IMG/VR virus record: IMGVR_UViG_3300038520_001418
Span: 1 to 38,278 of that record
Length of the DNA stretch: 38,278 bases
Reading direction: 5' to 3' (one strand)
From: a virus
Lineage: Duplodnaviria; Caudoviricetes
The notes under the pieces are model-generated. The model searched no databases and was not told where the DNA came from. It saw only the letters and a list, made by a program, of their open reading frames with translations. Shown one piece after another: positions 14,906-24,544 of this stretch. The translations under genes and the position numbers were made by a program. The number at the start of each line of letters is the position of its first letter. Position 1 is the stretch's first letter.

Positions 14906-16175
14906 AATACCTTATAACCCTAGGCCATTGCAGCGTGAGTTGCATGCCAAGCTTAAAGATAAACGCTGGGGTGTTGTGGTTTGTCATCGAAGGTTTGGTA
15001 AGACGGTCATGGCGATCAACCACCTTCTGCGAGATGCGATATTAAGCGATAAGCCCAATCCAAGGTTTGCCTATATTGCACCAACGTATCGGCAAGCCAA
15101 AGCAGTAGCATGGGATTATTTAAAGCAATTTAGTTCTGCGATACCGACAACGAGGTTTCACGAAACAGAATTGCGGTGTGATTTGCCTAATGGTGCTAGA
15201 ATACAGCTTTTGGGTGCGGAATCGCCAGATAGCTTGCGTGGGATCTATTTAGATGGTTGTGTGCATGATGAGTATGCACAAATGCCAGCATCTTTATTTC
15301 CTGAGATCATCAGGCCAGCGTTAAGTGATCGCAAGGGATATGCGATATTTATGGGTACGCCACAAGGCATGAATAGCTTTTTTGAGCTACATGAGATGGC
15401 GAAGGATTCAGAAGATTGGATTACCGCGACTTACAAAGCGAGTGAAACAGGTATTCTGGATGATGAGGAATTGGACAGTGCCAAGAAAAGCATGTCTGAG
15501 GATCAGTTTAATCAGGAATATGAATGCAGTTGGGTTGCGAATGTTCCTGGTGCAATATGGGCTAAAGAATTAGAAAAAGCAAGCCAGGCTGGGCGTATGA
15601 CCAATGTTCCTTATGATGAGGGGCAAAAGGTTGATACCTGGTGGGATCTAGGGGTGAATGATAGCACGAGCATCTGGTTTACGCAGAATGTTGGTCGTGC
15701 CATTCATGTGATTGATTATTATGAAAATCGTGGTGAGGGATTGAATTTTTATGCAAGAATATTGCAAGAAAGAGGGTACTTGTACGGTACACACAATGCC
15801 CCCCATGACATCGAAGTGCGAGAGTTGGGTTCTGGTAAGTCCAGAAGGGAAGCGGCCTATGATCTGGGAATTAATTTCAGAGTGGTGCCGAAACTGCCCT
15901 TGGAGGATGGCATCCATGCCGCCAAGATGATTTTGGCTAAATGTTATTTTGATCGTGATCAATGCAAAGTAGGGCTGGAAGCTCTTAGGCATTATCACAG
16001 GGCATACAATGAAAGAATGAAAACTTTTCGCTCTACGCCTGTACATGATTGGTCATCTCATGCCAGTGATGCTTTTCGGTATTTTGCCGTTGGTCACAGG
16101 GATGTAAGCCATGCCATTAGACCGCCGCAAAGACAGGCAGAAATGAATTATAATCCTTTTGAAGTGAGGGCATAA
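14895..16175 (+). CDS. terL: Terminase large subunit
   Basis: HRRFGKT Walker A; LRG...DE Walker B; GTP motif; WDLG nuclease; SHASDAFRY. Confidence 0.95.
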   Translation: MQIKIPYNPRPLQRELHAKLKDKRWGVVVCHRRFGKTVMAINHLLRDAILSDKPNPRFAYIAPTYRQAKAVAWDYLKQFSSAIPTTRFHETELRCDLPNGARIQLLGAESPDSLRGIYLDGCVHDEYAQMPASLFPEIIRPALSDRKGYAIFMGTPQGMNSFFELHEMAKDSEDWITATYKASETGILDDEELDSAKKSMSEDQFNQEYECSWVANVPGAIWAKELEKASQAGRMTNVPYDEGQKVDTWWDLGVNDSTSIWFTQNVGRAIHVIDYYENRGEGLNFYARILQERGYLYGTHNAPHDIEVRELGSGKSRREAAYDLGINFRVVPKLPLEDGIHAAKMILAKCYFDRDQCKVGLEALRHYHRAYNERMKTFRSTPVHDWSSHASDAFRYFAVGHRDVSHAIRPPQRQAEMNYNPFEVRA

Positions 16176-16684
16176 TGGGATTCTTTACAGATTTTGTAAA
16201 CAATTTAAAGCGTAATTTTACCAATCCTGTTGAATTGGCGCAGGATATGGGCGCAGCGGAAGAAGCTAGTAGAATTAAAGAAAGCGAGAGACGTTTTAAA
16301 CGCGCTGAATCGGATATGAACAAAGAAATAAAAGAAGGTATGTTTTACACAAAGCCTATGGACATATCCAAATCTGAAGGTGAACAAAGGCGTGATGATC
16401 GTGATGCGGCTAAAGCTGCACAAGCAACAACAGCGGCAGCTGCTGCACCAGCAACAGCGGCTACGACAACAGCAGCAGCGGCAACGCCAGTAGAAACAGC
16501 TCAATCTGCTATGACACAATTAGCTGATACGACACAATCAACAAGTTCAGCAACGGTTGAAGAGGCAAAAAAAGATAAAAAAAGAGGTTTAAAAGGTGGC
16601 ACGATAGCAACATCAGCGCAAGGATTGCTATCGAGTGATATGACAGGACTTAGGCCTAAAAGGTCGTTATTGGCTGGTGCGTAA
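16175..16684 (+). CDS. Putative virion protein with Ala/Thr-rich linker
   Basis: Between terL and portal; low-complexity middle; TIATSAQGL...RSLLAGA. Confidence 0.7.
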   Translation: MGFFTDFVNNLKRNFTNPVELAQDMGAAEEASRIKESERRFKRAESDMNKEIKEGMFYTKPMDISKSEGEQRRDDRDAAKAAQATTAAAAAPATAATTTAAAATPVETAQSAMTQLADTTQSTSSATVEEAKKDKKRGLKGGTIATSAQGLLSSDMTGLRPKRSLLAGA

Positions 16685-16875
16685 TGGCTTATGGTAAAAA
16701 AAGGAATATGGCTGGCATGATGGGGGCCTTATCATCCCAGCCATTGCAAAATATGCGGTTTTCTATGAATTTTAATCCATTAGAGCGATTAAATCAGCGT
16801 ATGGCTGGTAAGTCACAAGGCCGAAGTATGGCTGGTGTCAAAAAGAAAAAGCAATCATTGTTAGGAATGTCTTAA
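16684..16875 (+). CDS. Small basic protein
   Basis: TAATG coupling on both sides. Confidence 0.7.
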   Translation: MAYGKKRNMAGMMGALSSQPLQNMRFSMNFNPLERLNQRMAGKSQGRSMAGVKKKKQSLLGMS

Positions 16876-18494
16876 TGACGAAACCAAATAAAATGGTCGA
16901 TCAGCTGAATCGAAAGCATGAAAAGCTTTTAGGTCAGAGATCAAATTGGGAAAAACATTGGCAAGAGCTTGCTGATTATTTATTGCCAAGAAAAGCCGAT
17001 ATTACCAAGAAAAGAACGCAAGGTGATAAAAGGACAGAGCTAATTTACGATAGCACAGGTATACACTCTGTTGAATTACTTGCCAGTAGTTTGCATGGCA
17101 TGTTGACAAGTCCAGCAAACCCCTGGTTTTCCATGCGGTATAGAGATTTACAGCTGGATCAGGATGATGAAGCGAATGAATGGCTAGAAGGTTGTACCCA
17201 GTTATTAAACAAGGCTTTACAGCGGTCTAATTTTCAACAGGAAATCCATGAATTGTATTATGACTTAGTGGTATTTGGTACGGCATGTCTGTTTATTGAA
17301 TATGATGCAGATGGATTACGTTTTTCCGCAAGGCATATTGGTGAATTAGCCATATCTGCAAATGCGGAAGATCGCATTGATACGGTGTATCGGTCTTTTG
17401 ATCTGACAGCAAGACAGATTGCACAGCGTTTTGGAAAAGATAATTTGCCAGATAGAGTGCAGAAAGACCTAGATAAAAACCCTTATAACGAGCATGAGAT
17501 TGTGCATGTTGTTTATCCAAGAGAAGATGGTACGGCAGGGCCTATCAACAAGCCTGTTATCTCTATTTACTATCATAAAGAAACCAAAACACTGCTAGGT
17601 GAAGGTGGATTTGATGAGTTTCCTTTTTGTGTTCCTCGTTTTAACAAGGACAGCACAAGTAATTATGGTCGTTCCCCTGGAATGAGTTGTCTAAGCGATG
17701 TCAAAATGGTCAATCGTATGTCTGAAGTGAGCATACGATCCGCGCAAAAGCAACTTGATCCTCCCTTAATGGTTCCTGACGATGGGTTTCTTCTCCCTGT
17801 GCGTACCACCCCTGGTGCGCTAAATTTCTATCGTACTGGAACTAGAGATCGTTTAGAGCCTTTACAGGCTGGAGCGACCAACCCTATTGGTCTGAGTATG
17901 GAGGAACAGCGTAGAAACTCTATTCGTTCTGCTTTTTATGTTGATCAACTACAATTAAACCAAAGCCCAAGTATGACGGCAACCGAAGTGTTGCAGCGTA
18001 ATGAAGAGAAAATGCGTCTTTTAGGGCCTGTTATGGGGCGATTGCAAAGCGAATTACTGCAACCGCTTATTCAGCGCAGCTTTAAATTATTGTTAAGAAA
18101 TGGTGAATTGCCTGTACCTCCAGAAAGCTTGCAGGGACAGGATATTGATATTGAATATGTATCGCCATTAGCCAAAGCGCAGAAAATGACCGATTTGCAA
18201 TCCATGATGCGTGGTTTGGAAATTATGTTGCAATTGGCAGAAGTTGCGCCTGTTATGGATTATCTGGATGAAAATGGCCTTGTGAAGTATTTAATTGATG
18301 TAGCTGGTATTCCAGCAAGAGTTATACGGTCTGATGATCAAGTGGCAGAAATTCGAGAGGCAAAAGCAGAACAGCAACGCATGATGGCAGAGCAACAGCA
18401 AGATATGCAAGCTGCGGATCAAATGCAGAAAACAGCCCCTATGATGAAAGTCTTGGCTGAAGCGTCTAACGCAGAAACACCGCCAGCTGCATGA
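16875..18494 (+). CDS. Portal (head-tail connector)
   Basis: LASSLHGMLTSP..PWF; YGRSP; MTATEV; IEYVSPLA. Confidence 0.95.
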   Translation: MTKPNKMVDQLNRKHEKLLGQRSNWEKHWQELADYLLPRKADITKKRTQGDKRTELIYDSTGIHSVELLASSLHGMLTSPANPWFSMRYRDLQLDQDDEANEWLEGCTQLLNKALQRSNFQQEIHELYYDLVVFGTACLFIEYDADGLRFSARHIGELAISANAEDRIDTVYRSFDLTARQIAQRFGKDNLPDRVQKDLDKNPYNEHEIVHVVYPREDGTAGPINKPVISIYYHKETKTLLGEGGFDEFPFCVPRFNKDSTSNYGRSPGMSCLSDVKMVNRMSEVSIRSAQKQLDPPLMVPDDGFLLPVRTTPGALNFYRTGTRDRLEPLQAGATNPIGLSMEEQRRNSIRSAFYVDQLQLNQSPSMTATEVLQRNEEKMRLLGPVMGRLQSELLQPLIQRSFKLLLRNGELPVPPESLQGQDIDIEYVSPLAKAQKMTDLQSMMRGLEIMLQLAEVAPVMDYLDENGLVKYLIDVAGIPARVIRSDDQVAEIREAKAEQQRMMAEQQQDMQAADQMQKTAPMMKVLAEASNAETPPAA

Positions 18495-18742
18495 AGAATA
18501 TTAACGAAATAAGGACAGAAGATCTAAAACGCAACTATCGTTTTCTGTTTGAAACAAATGACGGCAAGGTTGTGCTGGAGCATTTAAAAAGATGTTTTGG
18601 CTTTTATCAATCAACATATGCCAAGGGTGAGCCTTATGATACGGCCTTTTACGAAGGGCAAAGGTCTGTTGTGCTTAATATTCTTAGAATGATGGAACCG
18701 CAAAAGAAAATAGAACAGCAAAAGGAAGTCAACAATGAGTGA
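18491..18742 (+). CDS. Small conserved post-portal protein (Bbp19-like)
   Basis: F.T.DGKVVLEHL...EGQRSVV. Confidence 0.7.
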   Translation: MKNINEIRTEDLKRNYRFLFETNDGKVVLEHLKRCFGFYQSTYAKGEPYDTAFYEGQRSVVLNILRMMEPQKKIEQQKEVNNE

Positions 18743-19541
18743 AACAGAGACAACTCAGGCAACTGAATCTCAGGAGGTCGCAGCCCCAGCAGAAGCTGCA
18801 CCAGTAAGTTTTATCGAAACTCTGCCAGAAGATATACGCATGGAACCAAGTTTAAGAAACTTTACAGATGCCGCTGGATTAGCAAAATCCTATGTGCAAG
18901 CACAAAGAATGATTGGTGTTGATAAGATACCAATCCCAGGACAATCAGCAACAGATGAGGAATGGAACAATGTTTATGAAAGGTTGGGAAGGCCTAATGC
19001 GCCTGATCAATATGATTTTAATGCCGTTGATGGTTTTGAAGAAGGTGATTTGGCTTCTTTTAAGCAAATTGCTCACGATACTGGTCTTAATGGAAAGCAA
19101 GCTCAACGTATGGCGAAGTCGCTTGCCGAAAAAGCCAGTGCGGAAATCGAAGCCAGAGAAGCGCAAGCCACAACGCTCATCGGTGAAACGAAAGCAGAGC
19201 TCGAAAGAGAATACGGCAAAGCGTTTGACCAAAAAATGAAAATGGCAAAAAATGCTGCTGTGCAGTTGTTGGGTTCAACAGAGCCTTTAGACAATATTGT
19301 TTTAGAAGATGGTCGTTTGCTTGGCGATCATCCAGCAATTGTAAAATTGTTTGTACAGTTAGCAGATGCGATGGGTGAGGATTCTCTGGAAGGAGAGCCG
19401 CAAGAGCTTATCATGACGCCACAAGAAGCCAATCGTAAGATTATGGAGCTTATGGCAAAAGATACGCCTTATTGGGATAAGTCGCACCCACAACACGATT
19501 TTTATGTTAAGGAAGCCCTTGCGCTGAGAGAACATATGTAA
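18735..19541 (+). CDS. Capsid scaffolding protein
   Basis: Acidic and helical; LGRP, GDHP motifs; between portal and capsid. Confidence 0.8.
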   Translation: MSETETTQATESQEVAAPAEAAPVSFIETLPEDIRMEPSLRNFTDAAGLAKSYVQAQRMIGVDKIPIPGQSATDEEWNNVYERLGRPNAPDQYDFNAVDGFEEGDLASFKQIAHDTGLNGKQAQRMAKSLAEKASAEIEAREAQATTLIGETKAELEREYGKAFDQKMKMAKNAAVQLLGSTEPLDNIVLEDGRLLGDHPAIVKLFVQLADAMGEDSLEGEPQELIMTPQEANRKIMELMAKDTPYWDKSHPQHDFYVKEALALREHM

Positions 19542-19675
19542 TTTAGGGCAACCGTTTATCGATCCTGATGCAAGTTGTAAGTCAACAGTATAGCGCGGCT
19601 CAAGACGCAAGAATGATCTCGCAAGAGGTAATCAGACGCAAAACATAGTGAAACTTTAGATACAGGAGGTGTGCT

Positions 19676-20533
19676 TTGAGTACGCAAATAACCACCGCCT
19701 TTGTCCAGCAGTATTCTGCTAACGTACAGATGCTATCACAGCAAATGGGTTCCCTTTTGCGTGATACTGTAGATTCAGAATCTGTAAATGGAGATAAGGC
19801 ATTTTTTGAGCAAGTGGGGCAAGCAGCTGCACAAGCTCGAACAACCAGACATGGGGATACTCCCTTAATGGAAACGCCACATAGCCGTAGAATGGTAACA
19901 TTAACGGATTATGAATATGCGGATCTTATTGACGATCAGGATAAACTACGCATGTTGATTGATCCAACATCAACCTATGCAAGGGCAGCCGCCGCTGCCA
20001 TTGGTAGAGCGATGGATGATACAATTATTTCTGCTATGGGTGGTACCGCTAAGACAGGTACAACTGGCTCAACATCAACAGCTTTACCGTCAGCACAAAA
20101 AATTGCTCATGGTAGTACAGGTCTTACCATTGCAAAGCTTGTAACGGCTAAGAAAAAGCTAGATGCGAAATCAGTTGATCCATCTATCCCTAGATACATT
20201 GTTGTATCGCCAGAGCAAATTGAAGATCTGCTTAATAGCACTACTGTAACAAGTGCTGACTTTAATACGGTCAAAGCTTTAGTACAGGGTGATATTGATA
20301 CATTTGTCGGTTTTAAGTTTATTACCAGCAACAGACTAACAGACGATGGTACAAGCCGTTTATGTTATGCCTGGGCGCAAGATGGTATGAAGCTTGCCAT
20401 TGGCAAAGAGCCGACAGCTAAGATCGATGAACGCTCTGATAAATCATATGCAACGCAAGTCTACTACTGTTCTTCTTTTGGTTCGACCAGAATGGAAGAA
20501 GAAAAAGTAGTTGAAATTGCTTGTAACGAATAA
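19676..20533 (+). CDS. Major capsid protein
   Basis: FVQQYSANVQMLSQQMGS.LR; AIGRAMDD; TTG start with AGGAGG RBS. Confidence 0.9.
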   Translation: MSTQITTAFVQQYSANVQMLSQQMGSLLRDTVDSESVNGDKAFFEQVGQAAAQARTTRHGDTPLMETPHSRRMVTLTDYEYADLIDDQDKLRMLIDPTSTYARAAAAAIGRAMDDTIISAMGGTAKTGTTGSTSTALPSAQKIAHGSTGLTIAKLVTAKKKLDAKSVDPSIPRYIVVSPEQIEDLLNSTTVTSADFNTVKALVQGDIDTFVGFKFITSNRLTDDGTSRLCYAWAQDGMKLAIGKEPTAKIDERSDKSYATQVYYCSSFGSTRMEEEKVVEIACNE

Positions 20534-20546
20534 GGAGGGCTGATTT

Positions 20547-21005
20547 ATGGGTACTGTTTATTCAGATCAAAAAACAAAGTGGGATCAAAATGTTCCAAAA
20601 GAGATGATCAAGCCAAACGAGCTTGGTGGTCGAATGAGGATTGCATATGGTTCTTACACTGCCTCTGCTGAGCAAAGCGATATACACATGTTTAACTTGC
20701 CCAATGGCGCAAGAATTTTACATGGTGAGCTTGTTCATGCAGCTTTAGGCTCTTCAACAACGCTTAGTGTTGGTCATGCAGAATATAAAGATGTAGATGG
20801 CACAACAGTAGCAGCTGATGTTGATGAGTATAAGGCAGCAGCGGCATCAACGTCTATAACAACTGTATCAATCGCAGCAACAGCTGCACTTGGCAAAAAC
20901 AGTGTAGTGAATGCTGATAAAGATGGCATTCCTATAACAGTGAGCCTTGCTGGAGCTAACGGCTCTGGATTGATAGAGTTAACAATGTATTACGTTGTTG
21001 ATTAA
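20547..21005 (+). CDS. Putative capsid decoration/minor structural protein
   Basis: Beta-rich, LPNGARI; follows the capsid gene with a strong RBS. Confidence 0.6.
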   Translation: MGTVYSDQKTKWDQNVPKEMIKPNELGGRMRIAYGSYTASAEQSDIHMFNLPNGARILHGELVHAALGSSTTLSVGHAEYKDVDGTTVAADVDEYKAAAASTSITTVSIAATAALGKNSVVNADKDGIPITVSLAGANGSGLIELTMYYVVD

Positions 21006-21009
21006 TATA

Positions 21010-21040
21010 AAGGGGGGAGCAATCCCCCCTTCTTTTTTTT
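21010..21040 (+). terminator. Intrinsic terminator after the head genes
   Basis: AAGGGGGGA-GCAA-TCCCCCCTT, then c and a T run. Confidence 0.9.
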
Positions 21041-21051
21041 AGAGGGAACAA

Positions 21052-21657
21052 ATGGCATCAAAAGTTGATATTGCAAACTTTGCGTTAAATAGCATTGGCG
21101 CAAGCACAATCAGTTCTTTAACAGAAAACACAAAAGCTGCGATTGTCATCAATCAAAGGTTTGATAGTGTTCGTGATGCTGTTTTTCGCTCTCATCCTTG
21201 GAATAGTCTTATAACAAGAGCAACTTTATCCAAAGATAGTTCCTCCCCTACTTTTGGCTACGAAAATCAATTTATCTTACCTACCGATCCTTTTTGCTTG
21301 CGTGTATTAGAATTTAGCAATGGCACATTAACATATCCTATGGATAACATGACAAGTATTGATGGTTCGCCTGTATTTGTCATTGAAGGCAGAAAACTGC
21401 TTACGAATGAAGGAACGGTAAAAATCAAATATGTTGGTCAGGTTACAGACACAACGCAATACGACAGCAATCTAACAGAAACATTATCGGCTAGATTAGC
21501 CCATGAGATTTGTTATGCGATTACAGGAAGTACATCGCTTATGACGCAAACGTATCAATTGTATCAGGAAAAACTAAAAGAAGCGCGGTTTGTTGATGCA
21601 ACTGAAGGCGCACCACAACGCATTGAGGCTTCTGACTTTATCGAAGCGAGATTCTAA
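21052..21657 (+). CDS. Tail tubular protein A / adaptor (T7 gp11-like)
   Basis: IAN.AL..IG; HPWN; LP.D..CLRV; position. Confidence 0.85.
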   Translation: MASKVDIANFALNSIGASTISSLTENTKAAIVINQRFDSVRDAVFRSHPWNSLITRATLSKDSSSPTFGYENQFILPTDPFCLRVLEFSNGTLTYPMDNMTSIDGSPVFVIEGRKLLTNEGTVKIKYVGQVTDTTQYDSNLTETLSARLAHEICYAITGSTSLMTQTYQLYQEKLKEARFVDATEGAPQRIEASDFIEARF

Positions 21658-24024
21658 ATGGCAAAGTCGGCTCCAGCTTTATCGTCTTTTACAGGCGGTG
21701 AATTATCGCCAAAGCTAGAAGGCAGGGTAGGATTACAAAAGTATCGTGAGGGTCTTTCTGAGCTTACGAATTTTGTTGTTTTACCGCAAGGTGGCGTTAC
21801 GAGAAGGCCAGGCACAGAATATCTAGGGGAAGTTAAGGATAGTGATGACATAACTCGATTGATCCCTTTTCAGTTTAAAACAAGTGATACGTATATTCTT
21901 GAATTTGGTGATCAGATTATGCGTGTGTATCGAAGTGGTCAGCAAATCTTAACAGGATCTGCTAAAACACTTACAGCCATTACAAAGGCTAATCCTGGCG
22001 TTTTAACAACAAGCACAAGTCATGGATTTAGCAATGGTGATGAAATATTTTTGTCGATGGTATCAAGCGGTACAACAATACCATTAGACAGCAATACTAT
22101 GAACGAATTGCATGGTCGTAATTATCTGGTGGCAAATGTTACATCAACGACATTTACATTGACAGATTTACATGGTGTAGCAATTGATACAACAAATTTC
22201 TCAACATTTACTGCTGGTGAATCTCAAACAGTTGATAAGATCTTTGAGGTAGCAACGCCTTATAGCTCATCAGAATTAGCGGATGTCAATTTTGCACAAT
22301 CTGCTGATACGATGTACTTAGTGCATCCTAGTCATGCGATAAGAACATTAACACGATCGGCGAATAATAACTGGACTTTTGCAACTCCAAGTTTAACAAG
22401 CCCACCTAGTAGTCTAAATGCAAGCTCTGACAATTACCCTTCTGTGGTAACATTTTTTGAACAAAGGTTAGTGTTTGCAGCGACAAATAACAATCCGCAG
22501 ACATTGTTTTTTAGTAAGAACGGTGATTATACAAATTTTACAGTGGGAACGAATGCAGACGATGCGTTAAGTTATACAATAGCTTCCAATACAGTTAATG
22601 AAATACGCTGGATGTCGGCAACGAGAGTATTAACAATTGGCACATCTGGTGGTGAATATGTGCTTACCACTGATTCAAACGGCCCTATTACGCCTACATC
22701 AACACTTATAAGAAAATATAGCAACTACGGCAGTGCTAAAGTTGCGCCAGTACAGGTTGCAGATGTAACGCTTTTTCTTCAGAGAAATCAACGCAAGGTG
22801 CGTGAGTTTCGTTACGTTGGAGATGTAGATGAAAGCGGTTATTCAGCCCCTGATATGACCATATTGAGTGAACATATTACAGATGGCGGCATAACAGAGT
22901 TTGCATATCAGCAAGAACCAGATTCAATTGTGTGGTGCTTGAGATCAGATGGTACGTTGTTAGGAATGACTTATCGCAGGGAAGAACAGGTTGTTGCCTG
23001 GCATAAGCATGTCATAGGCGGTTATTTTGGATCACCAACAATAACTGTAGCTAATTATGCATCTATTACTGCTGGTAGCACAGTTACGCTTACAAAAGAT
23101 GATGGAACGAGCGTTGTGTTTACAACAGATGCTGTGGGTAGTGGTGCTGCATCATCAGCTTTGCATTTTAGGCCAAACACAAGCAACAACGCGACAGCAA
23201 CATTATTAGCAACAGCTATTAATAATCATAGTGATTTTGCAGCAAGTGCAACAGGTGCTGTTGTAACAGCAAGAGATAGTTCTGGAGGAGCTTTAACTAT
23301 TACTTCTTCACAGAGTAATTTTTTTGCCGTTACATCACAGGCGCAATCAGTTGTAGAAAGCATTGCAACTTTGCCAAGTGAATCTGGTGAAGATGAATTG
23401 TATTTAATTGTCAAGCGAACAATAAAAGGTTTGACAAAAAGATATGTCGAGCGATTGCAATCTATTGATTTTGGCAATTCGACAGAAAAAGGTTTTTTTG
23501 TTGATAGCGGCCTTGCTTATCCGACAGATTGGCCTACTGCTGGAACAAGTACGACAGCCATGACAGGGTTGTATCATCTTGAAGAAGAAGTTTTAGAAAT
23601 TATGGCAAATGGGGCGGCCCATGCTAATCGAACCGTCTCAAGTGGTAATGTTACTTTAAGTTTTAACGCAACAACAGCTGTTATGGGATTTCCTTATAAT
23701 AGCGTTATGCAGACATTGCGTTTGGAAAGCGGTAGTGCAGACGGCACCTCACAAGGTAAACCAAAACGTTTGCATGGCATTACAATACGATTATTTCGTT
23801 CTGTTGGATTAGATGTTGGGGCAAGTTCTGATTCATTAGAAACTCTTAATTTTAGAGATAGTTCAATGGCAACAGATACAGCTGTTCCATTGTTTACTGG
23901 CGATAAAGAAGTCGAGTTTACAGGCGGTTTTTTTGAAGATGATCGTGTCTTTATTCGTCAAACACAAGCTTTACCATTAACCGTCTTGGCTGTTTATCCA
24001 AGACTTAACACATTCGATATATAA
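21658..24024 (+). CDS. Tail tubular protein B / nozzle (T7 gp12-like)
   Basis: SFTGGELSP; GGVTRRPGT; FFEQRL; VVAWHKH. Confidence 0.9.
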   Translation: MAKSAPALSSFTGGELSPKLEGRVGLQKYREGLSELTNFVVLPQGGVTRRPGTEYLGEVKDSDDITRLIPFQFKTSDTYILEFGDQIMRVYRSGQQILTGSAKTLTAITKANPGVLTTSTSHGFSNGDEIFLSMVSSGTTIPLDSNTMNELHGRNYLVANVTSTTFTLTDLHGVAIDTTNFSTFTAGESQTVDKIFEVATPYSSSELADVNFAQSADTMYLVHPSHAIRTLTRSANNNWTFATPSLTSPPSSLNASSDNYPSVVTFFEQRLVFAATNNNPQTLFFSKNGDYTNFTVGTNADDALSYTIASNTVNEIRWMSATRVLTIGTSGGEYVLTTDSNGPITPTSTLIRKYSNYGSAKVAPVQVADVTLFLQRNQRKVREFRYVGDVDESGYSAPDMTILSEHITDGGITEFAYQQEPDSIVWCLRSDGTLLGMTYRREEQVVAWHKHVIGGYFGSPTITVANYASITAGSTVTLTKDDGTSVVFTTDAVGSGAASSALHFRPNTSNNATATLLATAINNHSDFAASATGAVVTARDSSGGALTITSSQSNFFAVTSQAQSVVESIATLPSESGEDELYLIVKRTIKGLTKRYVERLQSIDFGNSTEKGFFVDSGLAYPTDWPTAGTSTTAMTGLYHLEEEVLEIMANGAAHANRTVSSGNVTLSFNATTAVMGFPYNSVMQTLRLESGSADGTSQGKPKRLHGITIRLFRSVGLDVGASSDSLETLNFRDSSMATDTAVPLFTGDKEVEFTGGFFEDDRVFIRQTQALPLTVLAVYPRLNTFDI

Positions 24025-24025
24025 T

Positions 24026-24544
24026 ATGTTTTGGCAAGCCGTAACAGCAGGGGCTGCACTTTACAGTGCTTTTTCACAAAAAGCAGCGTATGATGATGCA
24101 GCAGACGCAGCAAAAGAAGTTGGCGAGAAAAACGCACAACTTATTGAGCGTGATATTGATTTGTTAGAAAAGCAAAGAAATATCATTAATACCAATAATA
24201 ATATTTTTAAAACTAGACGAAAAATAAGTTTAGATGAGGTGCAAAGCCAAGTTAGGGCAAATACAGCCTTTGCTGGCATTGACATCGCGAGCGACACTAC
24301 TTTTGAGAATTTAGCACGAAATGCAAGGGAATATGATTTTGAAATAGCAACAGCTGATTTTAATAACGAAGTAGCTAATATGCAAATAACAGACGCACAG
24401 GAAGATAAGCGATTATCCGCTGAGCTATCGCGCATGGAAGGAGGAATGCAAGCGGCAAGTTTGCGTTCTCAAGGCACGACATCGTTAATTAGTGGCCTAG
24501 GCCAAACAGCAAGAATGATTGATCAATATGGGTTTTTTAGCTAA
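24026..24544 (+). CDS. Internal virion (ejection) protein, gp14-like
   Basis: Ala/Gly-rich termini, helical; position. Confidence 0.65.
   Translation: MFWQAVTAGAALYSAFSQKAAYDDAADAAKEVGEKNAQLIERDIDLLEKQRNIINTNNNIFKTRRKISLDEVQSQVRANTAFAGIDIASDTTFENLARNAREYDFEIATADFNNEVANMQITDAQEDKRLSAELSRMEGGMQAASLRSQGTTSLISGLGQTARMIDQYGFFS

Noticed and set aside
16405-16490. GCA/ACA-rich repeat
   Set aside because: Explained by an Ala/Thr-rich protein linker.
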